DNA of 32,000 nt, from the NCBI GenBank assembly GCA_942493095.1, contig OW818675.1:1800001-1832000 (forward strand). Direction: 5' to 3'. Positions 1-6,397 of the stretch are shown here, in pieces. The notes below the pieces were generated by a model that made no database searches, was not told the origin of the DNA, and saw only the letters and a list, made by a program, of their open reading frames with translations. Position 1 is the first letter of the stretch, and each line of letters starts with the position of its first letter. The translations under genes were made by a program, and so were the position numbers. This DNA comes from Candidatus Electronema halotolerans. GTDB taxonomy: Bacteria > Desulfobacterota > Desulfobulbia > Desulfobulbales > Desulfobulbaceae.

Positions 1-2
1 TG

Positions 3-749
3 GCTCCGATTGCCTTGGAATTTGATGCTGACGGCGCCATGCCAGTCACCCTTTTTGGCGTGGATGCGCATGAGGCGCCGCCAATCACCCAAGCCAACCT
101 TTGCGAATACGTCAACCGCGAAGTTGTCAAGCACTATCCTTTTGAGGGCGGAACTAAGTATGCCAAGCCGCTCTGGCATATTGTCCAACGGCATTGCAGT
201 GCGGCAGTTCAAGAGGTGACGGTTGCGCAGGGCGGCTGGTTCAAAAAGAAGAAAACCGAGAGGAAAATTGTCCAGCAGTCTCCTGCCCCTGTTCCTATTT
301 TTGTCCAATTCATAACTGACGGCGACAATCAGGACCGTGAAGAGACAGAGAAGCTGCTGCGCATGATGGAGGTGCTGCCGATCTTCATCCAGTTTGTCGG
401 CGCAGGAACAGCTTCTTTTGCCTTTCTCCGCAAACTTGACGAGATGCGACGGGACTTCATCGACAATGCCAGTTTTTTTCAAGTGACAGATATCGTCAAC
501 ACCTCTGATGAGCAGCTTTACAAAGACATGCTGCATGAATTTCCTGCTTGGCTGAATAAGGCCAAAGACAAGGGACTGGTCCATCAGCACAACATCAACA
601 AACCGAGCAGTCCTCCGCCAAGTTCGGCAGGAGCAGCCCCGCAGCAGACTCCTCCTGCCGCAGATGATCTCTGCCTGATGTGCAAGGGCGCGGGCGGCAG
701 CTGCATGTTCTGCAAAGGCACGGGCAGAAGGCTTGACCGCAGGAACTGA
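3..749 (+). CDS. vWA-domain protein (TerY-like), 5'-partial at window edge, with a C-terminal double CxxCxGxG zinc-finger tail
   Basis: Frame 3 is open from base 3 (APIALEFDADG...), so the start lies upstream of the window. The stop is TGA 747-749. Segments such as IFVQFITDGDNQD and IFIQFVGAG resemble the vWA proteins encoded next to TerD genes. A Pro/Ser/Ala-rich linker is followed by CLMCKGAGGSCMFCKGTG, two DnaJ-type CxxCxGxG motifs. Confidence 0.7.
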   Translation, partial: APIALEFDADGAMPVTLFGVDAHEAPPITQANLCEYVNREVVKHYPFEGGTKYAKPLWHIVQRHCSAAVQEVTVAQGGWFKKKKTERKIVQQSPAPVPIFVQFITDGDNQDREETEKLLRMMEVLPIFIQFVGAGTASFAFLRKLDEMRRDFIDNASFFQVTDIVNTSDEQLYKDMLHEFPAWLNKAKDKGLVHQHNINKPSSPPPSSAGAAPQQTPPAADDLCLMCKGAGGSCMFCKGTGRRLDRRN

Positions 750-783
750 ACATTCAACTCATTCACTGGAAAAGGAGAGCAAG

Positions 784-1362
784 ATGAGCGTTTCATTAAG
801 CAAAGGCAGCAATGTTTCTTTGAGCAAAGAGGCTCCGGGCTTGGAGGCCATCAAGATCGGCTGCGGCTGGGATGCGCAGGCCCTGAGCGGCGCGGCCTTT
901 GACCTTGATGCCTCCGTGTTTCTTTGCGGCGAGGACGGCAAAGTCACCAAAGAGAACGACTTTATTTATTACAAGAACTTGCAGGGCGCGAACGGCGCAG
1001 TGGTTCATGCTGGCGACAGCCGCACCGGCGAGGGCGATGGCGACGACGAAATGATCATGATGTCGCTCAAGGACATGCCGCCGGAACTGGTCAAAGCCGC
1101 TGTTGTGGTCACCATTCACGAGGCGGTCAGCCGAGGCCAGAACTTCGGCATGGTGGAAAACGCCTTCATCCGCATTGTCAATGCGGCCAATGATGTGGAG
1201 ATTGCCCGCTACGATCTGACAGAGGATTTTTCCGGGGAAACCGCTGTAATTTTCGGCGAGGTCTATTCAAAAAACGGTGAATGGAAATTCAAGGCGGTCG
1301 GCCAAGGCTCAACCGAGGGGCTGGCCCAGATATGCGCCAAGTTCGGCGTGAGCGCGTCCTGA
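784..1362 (+). CDS. terD: TerD-family stress/tellurium-resistance protein (192 aa)
   Basis: ATG 784 follows GGAG (774-777) after a 6-nt spacer. The protein is MSVSLSKGSNVSLSK...FDLDASVFL...GDSRTGEGDGDDE...VTIHEA...AFIRIVN...GEWKFKAVGQG, the characteristic TerD/TerE/TerZ sequence including the acidic Ca-binding GDGDDE stretch. The paralogue cannot be assigned. The 733 start in the ORF track is an upstream extension. Confidence 0.92.
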   Translation: MSVSLSKGSNVSLSKEAPGLEAIKIGCGWDAQALSGAAFDLDASVFLCGEDGKVTKENDFIYYKNLQGANGAVVHAGDSRTGEGDGDDEMIMMSLKDMPPELVKAAVVVTIHEAVSRGQNFGMVENAFIRIVNAANDVEIARYDLTEDFSGETAVIFGEVYSKNGEWKFKAVGQGSTEGLAQICAKFGVSAS

Positions 1363-1394
1363 GCGTCGTTTCTTTCAATCGGTTCAGCAAAGAC

Positions 1395-1425
1395 GGCAGG
1401 GAGGCAGTGCCCTGCCTATTTTTTT
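1395..1425 (+). terminator. Rho-independent terminator after terD
   Basis: GGCAGGG (1395-1401) pairs with CCCTGCC (1410-1416) around an 8-nt loop. TATTTTTTT follows. Confidence 0.7.
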
Positions 1426-1461
1426 GCTTGCTTTTCAGAAGTAAATCTGCTTAAAAAGAAA

Positions 1462-1562
1462 AGGTTCCTTGAAAAATGCTGTTTTTGTCGAAAGCGTGAT
1501 CAAGCGAATCCAATTGCTTGCAGAGCAATAACTGGCGAAAACAGCAAATTTTCAAGACTTCC
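1462..1562 (+). repeat. ~100-nt palindromic MITE-like element, copy A
   Basis: Aligns over its whole length with the reverse complement of 6265-6363. The best block is GGTTCCTTGAAAAATGCTGTTTTTGTCGAAAGCGTGAT against GGTTCCTCGAAAAATACTGTTTTTATCGAAAGCGTAAT (34 of 38 identical). The far ends are also similar (GCAGAGCAATAACTGGCGAAAACAGCAAATTTTCAAGACTTCC vs ACAGAGCGGTAACTGCCGAAAACACCAATTTTTCGAGGTTCC). It sits 53 nt upstream of the repeat-protein start. Confidence 0.6.
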
Positions 1563-1614
1563 AACAAGATGATGGATGTTCAACAACGTACTTCTCAAAG
1601 TAAAGAGGTGGAAA

Positions 1615-4038
1615 ATGAAAGAAGCAGGAAAACAGGTGTGCCGGAGCTTGCTGACCGGCATGGTGCTGCTGGCGGGACTGACGTTTTTGTTAGTGTCGTC
1701 AAGCTACGCATCGGTGCCGCCAGCAGAGCAGTTTGGCAAAATTGCGACAGTGGAACACATACTGCACCAAACGCAATCCAGCATTTGGCAGCAGCTCCAT
1801 TCACAGGAGGTAGATGCTCTTGTGTCGCAACTGCGTATGGCTGAAAAGGCGGGCCGTGATGATCAGGCCGGACAGCTACGGCGGCAGTTGAATCAGTTGG
1901 AGAAACGTCTGCTGGGCGATGCGCCCCCGGCAGATGCTGAACTGGCCCGGCTGGTGCAGAAGAAAAAAATGCTGCTTGATGAACTGGCCCGACTGGGCGG
2001 AGGAACGCAGGCAGCAGCTTCTTCGGCTGTTGCAGCAGCGGCTCTTACCGCAGGCACAAGCACCATTACCGGAAAAGTGACGAACAGTGGTGGCAATGCT
2101 ATTGCAGAAGCATATGTATTGGTGGTTGATTCTTCAGGTAACGGAGAATCCCGCACGACAGATGCTGCTGGCGTATATACTGTGGCGAACATAGCTGCTG
2201 GCATCTACTATGTTTATTTCTCAGCAGATGGCTATGAAGCAGAATGGTACGAAGATGCGCCGCAGCAGGCCTGCGCCACCCCGGTGACACTTGCTGCTGA
2301 TAAGTCTGAGACAATTGACGCTGTTCTTGAAAAGACAGCTGTAGTTGAAACTGGCAGCATTTCCGGCAAAGTCACGGATCCGGATGGCACTGCTGTTTCA
2401 GGTGCTTATGTTTATGCTTACGGCCCAGATTATGGTTCCACAAGCACAGGTGCTGACGGAACATACACCATCAGCGGCCTGCCGAGCGGCGACTATAAGG
2501 TGGAGTTTAATGCGCCTTTCAGCTCCGACCTGCTTGACGAGTGGTATAACGGCAAGGCGGATTACAGCAGTGCGGATGCAGTTACGGTCACAGCACCGGA
2601 CACCAAGTCAGGAATCGACGCAACGCTGGCAAAGGGCGGCAGCATTACCGGTACGGTCAAAGATGGTTCAAATAGTGATGCTCCTCTCTCAGGTGCCTAT
2701 GTTTATGCTTATCTTTGCGACAATGCAAGCTGTGACTCTTATTCATCCGCAGGGTATGATTATACAGCTACCGACGGCACATACACCATCAGCGGCCTGC
2801 CGACCGGCAGCTACAAGGTGAAGTTTACCGTTGCCTACCGTTCTAACGGCATTGAAGGATGGACGGCGACCGGTCTGATCGACGAGTGGTATAACGACAA
2901 AGCGGATTCCAACAGTGCGGACGTGGTTGCGGTGACCGCCCCGAATAACAAAACAGGAATTGACGCAACGGTGGCAAAGGGCGGCAGCATCTCCGGCACG
3001 GTCAAAGATGGTTCAAATAGTGATGCTCCTCTCTCAGGTGCCTATGTTTATGCTTATCTTTGCGACAATGCAAGCTGTGACTCTTATTCATCCGCAGGGT
3101 ATGATTATACAGCTACCGACGGCACATACACCATCAGCGGCCTGCCGACCGGCAGCTACAAGGTGAAGTTTACCGTTGCCTACCGTTCTAACGGCATTGA
3201 AGGATGGACGGCGACCGGTCTGATCGACGAGTGGTATAACGACAAAGCGGATTCCAACAGTGCGGACGTGGTTGCGGTGACCGCCCCGAATAACAAAGCA
3301 GGAATTGACGCAACGGTGGCAAAGGGTGGCAGCATCACGGGCAAAGTGATAGATTCAGCCGCAACACCGGCAGTCGTTTCAGGTGCGCGTGTTTATGCTT
3401 ATGAAAGCATCGTTTCATCTACAGGCACCTATGTCCATGTAACACCATACAGCTCTGCTACGACTGATGAAAACGGTGAGTACACCATCAGCGGCCTGCC
3501 GACCGGCAGCTACAAGGTGAAGTTTGAAGCTCCCTACGACTCCGGCCTGCTTGACGAGTGGTATAACGGCAAAGCGGATTCCAGCAGCGCAGGTGCAGTT
3601 GCGGTCGCAGCACCGGACACTAAGTCAGGAATCGACGCAACGCTGGCAAAAGGCGGCAGCATTACCGGTACCGTGACCAATGACGGAGCAGCATTCAAAT
3701 GCGCCTATGTCTCTGTGCGTGAGGTTGATGGTTATTGCTACGAGTACGAGGGGGGGGGCGAGTACTGTTACTATCCGACAATAGGCTCGGCAGTCACCGA
3801 TTACCAAGGCAAGTACACAGTCAAAGGCTTATCCGGTTCGTATAAAGTGTATGTTTCTGGAGAGACAAGCACTGGCGACTCGCTCTGGCAATGGTACAAG
3901 GGCAGGATGGAAGGCCGCTGCGCGAACAAGATCGGCGTGACCGCACCGAATGCGACAACCCTTGATGTCGCGTTTCCGGTTCAGCTCAGGCAGTGCGGAG
4001 GCTCACTTATTCCGATCCTCAAGTTCCTGCTGAATTAA
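1615..4038 (+). CDS. Secreted repeat protein: signal peptide, coiled-coil/Ala-rich linker, six carboxypeptidase-regulatory-like (CarboxypepD_reg/Cna-B-type beta-sandwich) domains
   Basis: ATG 1615 (MKEAGKQVCRSLLTGMVLLAGLTFLLVSSSYA) has an upstream AGAGGTGG and a typical signal peptide. The 1576 start is an extension. There are six units of the pattern G(S/T)I(S/T)GKV.D..G..(V/L)SGAYVYAY...TD..G.YTISGLP.G.YKV.F.....L.DEWYN.KAD..SA..V.V.AP..K.GIDAT(L/V)AKGG. The last unit is Cys-rich. Confidence 0.85.
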   Translation: MKEAGKQVCRSLLTGMVLLAGLTFLLVSSSYASVPPAEQFGKIATVEHILHQTQSSIWQQLHSQEVDALVSQLRMAEKAGRDDQAGQLRRQLNQLEKRLLGDAPPADAELARLVQKKKMLLDELARLGGGTQAAASSAVAAAALTAGTSTITGKVTNSGGNAIAEAYVLVVDSSGNGESRTTDAAGVYTVANIAAGIYYVYFSADGYEAEWYEDAPQQACATPVTLAADKSETIDAVLEKTAVVETGSISGKVTDPDGTAVSGAYVYAYGPDYGSTSTGADGTYTISGLPSGDYKVEFNAPFSSDLLDEWYNGKADYSSADAVTVTAPDTKSGIDATLAKGGSITGTVKDGSNSDAPLSGAYVYAYLCDNASCDSYSSAGYDYTATDGTYTISGLPTGSYKVKFTVAYRSNGIEGWTATGLIDEWYNDKADSNSADVVAVTAPNNKTGIDATVAKGGSISGTVKDGSNSDAPLSGAYVYAYLCDNASCDSYSSAGYDYTATDGTYTISGLPTGSYKVKFTVAYRSNGIEGWTATGLIDEWYNDKADSNSADVVAVTAPNNKAGIDATVAKGGSITGKVIDSAATPAVVSGARVYAYESIVSSTGTYVHVTPYSSATTDENGEYTISGLPTGSYKVKFEAPYDSGLLDEWYNGKADSSSAGAVAVAAPDTKSGIDATLAKGGSITGTVTNDGAAFKCAYVSVREVDGYCYEYEGGGEYCYYPTIGSAVTDYQGKYTVKGLSGSYKVYVSGETSTGDSLWQWYKGRMEGRCANKIGVTAPNATTLDVAFPVQLRQCGGSLIPILKFLLN
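2656..3345 (+). repeat. Tandem 345-bp (115-codon) duplication inside the repeat-protein gene
   Basis: 2656-3000 and 3001-3345 are in phase. By eye they are identical for about the first 296 nt (GTCAAAGATGGTTCAAATAGTGATGCTCC...CCCCGAATAACAAA). The first differences are AACAAAACAGG vs AACAAAGCAGG and AAGGGCGGC vs AAGGGTGGC. Confidence 0.95.
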
Positions 4039-4072
4039 GAAGACAGCGCGGCGAGCTTCACTCTCCCGCCTG

Positions 4073-4108
4073 ACACCCGGCCAAAACACTCTGGCCGGGT
4101 GTTTTTTT
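4073..4108 (+). terminator. Rho-independent terminator after the repeat-protein gene
   Basis: ACACCCGGCC (4073-4082) pairs with GGCCGGGTGT (4093-4102) around a 10-nt loop. The T-run extends to 4108. Confidence 0.8.
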
Positions 4109-4222
4109 GCCCTGCCGTTGTGCAAAAAACGCTTTGACAGCGAATAGTTTAATGATAACTGTCTGTAAACATGTTTCAGATTCAGCATTATAAAAAAACT
4201 AACCAGACACTCCTGAATATTC

Positions 4223-6211
4223 ATGCAACCACGTAACTCCTATTCAAATCAAACTGCCGCACAATGGAGCCTTTTCCGTGTTATGAGAAAAGCAGGATTT
4301 ATCAGACAGGAATCTCTGTTCCTGTTTCTGCTGCTGACAGCTGCTATTTTTTTATTGTATTCGCCGGCTTTGACATCTCCATTCCTGTTTGATGATATCA
4401 ATAATATAGAGCATAACCGTGCTGTTCAGATGTCGGAGCTGTCTATATCCTCATTAAAAAAAGCGGCTCATGGTCCGAGACCAGTGGCTATGTTGAGCTT
4501 TGCTTTCGACTATTATTTGCACGGTCTGAATCCTTTTTGGTTCAGAGTGACAAATATTTTTATCCATATTGGCACAGCAATGATCTTGTATTTCACGCTT
4601 TGCCGCACAATGTCTCTGCTGACCGAGGATGTCGGACAGCAGGAGCACCGCTGGATGCCTGCGTTGAGCACCTTGCTTTGGGCTGTGCATCCTTTGCAAA
4701 TTCAGTCAGTTACTTATATCGTCCAGCGCATGAATAGCCTTGCTGGTTTTTTTCTGCTGCTTTCACTGTTGCTGTATATTCACGCTCGTTTGACCAAAAA
4801 AATTCTTATAGTCATTGCATGTATTCTTGCAGCACTGCTGGCGATAGGATCGAAACCGAATGCGGCTATGCTGCCCCTGCTTATTCTGCTGTATGAATAT
4901 TTTTTCTTCCAAAAGAAAAAAAACAAACTGTGGCGACATCCATCTTTCCCAGCCATTCTCGCATGTTCTATTGTGTTAGTGGGAGCAATTGGATACTTTT
5001 TCATGCAAGGCCATCCAATGCTTCTGCTTTCGTCTTGGTATGCTAAAAATGATTTTACCCCTGTTCAACGGGTTATGACAGAGTTCAGAGTAATAATCCT
5101 ATATCTTTCCCTGCTCTTTTTTCCTCACCCATCCCGTCTTAATATTGATCACGATATTCTACTGTCAAAAACATTGATTGCGCCGCCATCCACGGCATTA
5201 AGTCTTGCAGCAATACTTTTTTTGCTAACAATCGGTTGGATTGCTATAAACAAATATCCTTTATTATCTTTCGGCATATTTTGGTTTTTCAGCAATCTTT
5301 TGATAGAGTCAACAATTATACCATTAGATTTTATTTTTGAACACAGGGTTTACATTCCATCCATGATATTGATTGCAGGAATAATGTTTCCAACAGGTTC
5401 TTATCGACAGAAAAGAAAAAAAGGCGTTATGTGCATTTCATTGCTTTTTTTAATGTTTTTTTCTCTTTGGACGTATCAGCGGAACAGTGTCTGGCAAAGC
5501 GGCAGTGCTTTATGGCAAGACAGTGTTAATAAATCACCGAACAAACCAAGACCTCATGAAAGTTTAGCCTATTATTTGGAACAGGCAGGACACTTATCAG
5601 AAGCACTCCGGCATTATAAAAGGGCAGCCCGGCTCAATCCGAAAAATGCAGATTTATACAATAATATAGGAAATATATATATGAAAGAAGGCAATGTGCA
5701 AGATGCAATTCTTTATTACAAAACCGCATTGCCTCTTCAGTCATCTTGCAAGGAATTATGTAATAATATTGGAAATGCGTTATCTAAACTTGGCTATCTT
5801 AAACAGGCACTTACTTATTACGAAATAGCTTTGAAGAATGACAAAAACTATACAAAAGCACATATAAATTTTGCCAACACGCTTTCTGTTCTTGGAAATA
5901 CCGAACTTGCTATGCGGCACTACCAGTTAGCAGCAAAATTAGACCCGGAAAACATTGAAAATAATTACAACAGAAGTATCCTGCTTTTACAAAAAGGTGA
6001 TTTCAAGGAAGCATCTAAAATTCTTGAGAAAATAGTAAAAAATAATACTTCTTTCAAAGAAGCTTACAATAATCTTGGTGTTGCGCTTGAGAATTTAGGC
6101 GAGATAGATAAAGCAAAAGAAAAATATCAACAGGCACTAAGTATTGATCCAACTTTTATTGATGCTAAACAAAATATTAGTCGAATTAAAAATAATAATT
6201 TGCCCAAATAA
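4223..6211 (+). CDS. Polytopic membrane protein with a GT-C-type (PMT/TMTC-like) glycosyltransferase-like N-terminal domain and about six C-terminal TPR repeats
   Basis: 662-aa ORF with roughly a dozen hydrophobic segments. An acidic FLFDDINNIEHN loop follows helix 1. WAVHPLQIQSVTYIVQR resembles, from memory, the HP...SV...V.R motif of TMTC/DUF1736-type proteins. The C-terminus holds TPRs (AEALRHYKRAARLNPKNADLYNNIGNIY...). It is markedly AT-rich. The start is uncertain: ATG 4223 has no clear SD, and ATG 4283 is an alternative. Confidence 0.85.
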   Translation: MQPRNSYSNQTAAQWSLFRVMRKAGFIRQESLFLFLLLTAAIFLLYSPALTSPFLFDDINNIEHNRAVQMSELSISSLKKAAHGPRPVAMLSFAFDYYLHGLNPFWFRVTNIFIHIGTAMILYFTLCRTMSLLTEDVGQQEHRWMPALSTLLWAVHPLQIQSVTYIVQRMNSLAGFFLLLSLLLYIHARLTKKILIVIACILAALLAIGSKPNAAMLPLLILLYEYFFFQKKKNKLWRHPSFPAILACSIVLVGAIGYFFMQGHPMLLLSSWYAKNDFTPVQRVMTEFRVIILYLSLLFFPHPSRLNIDHDILLSKTLIAPPSTALSLAAILFLLTIGWIAINKYPLLSFGIFWFFSNLLIESTIIPLDFIFEHRVYIPSMILIAGIMFPTGSYRQKRKKGVMCISLLFLMFFSLWTYQRNSVWQSGSALWQDSVNKSPNKPRPHESLAYYLEQAGHLSEALRHYKRAARLNPKNADLYNNIGNIYMKEGNVQDAILYYKTALPLQSSCKELCNNIGNALSKLGYLKQALTYYEIALKNDKNYTKAHINFANTLSVLGNTELAMRHYQLAAKLDPENIENNYNRSILLLQKGDFKEASKILEKIVKNNTSFKEAYNNLGVALENLGEIDKAKEKYQQALSIDPTFIDAKQNISRIKNNNLPK

Positions 6212-6264
6212 GCATGAGCTGGATTCACGTTGCAAAGGCAACTTTTGCCGCTGGACTGACTTTA

Positions 6265-6363
6265 GGGAACCTCGAAAAATTGGTGTTTTCGGCAGTTACC
6301 GCTCTGTAACTGCCTGATTATTCAATTACGCTTTCGATAAAAACAGTATTTTTCGAGGAACCC
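6265..6363 (-). repeat. ~100-nt palindromic MITE-like element, copy C (inverted relative to copy A)
   Basis: It is the reverse complement of copy A (see 1462-1562). Its own ends are inverted repeats: GGGAACCTCGAAAAAT (6265-6280) and ATTTTTCGAGGAACCC (6348-6363), 14 of 16 complementary. An internal 9-bp hairpin pairs GGCAGTTAC (6291-6299) with GTAACTGCC (6306-6314). It lies between the convergent 4223-6211 gene and glyS and may also act as a bidirectional terminator. Confidence 0.6.
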
Positions 6364-6397
6364 TTTAGAGCCTGTTCTTTTATGCGAAGTTTTGCAA

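Noticed and set aside
1500-1530. Sigma-54 promoter upstream of the repeat-protein gene (TTGCTTGCA)
   Set aside because: Only a TTGC-like -12 half is present. There is no GG at the -24 position with correct spacing.
2656-3345. Template/variable repeat pair of a diversity-generating retroelement
   Set aside because: The two copies are essentially identical, without adenine-specific differences. They are adjacent and in frame. No reverse transcriptase gene is present.
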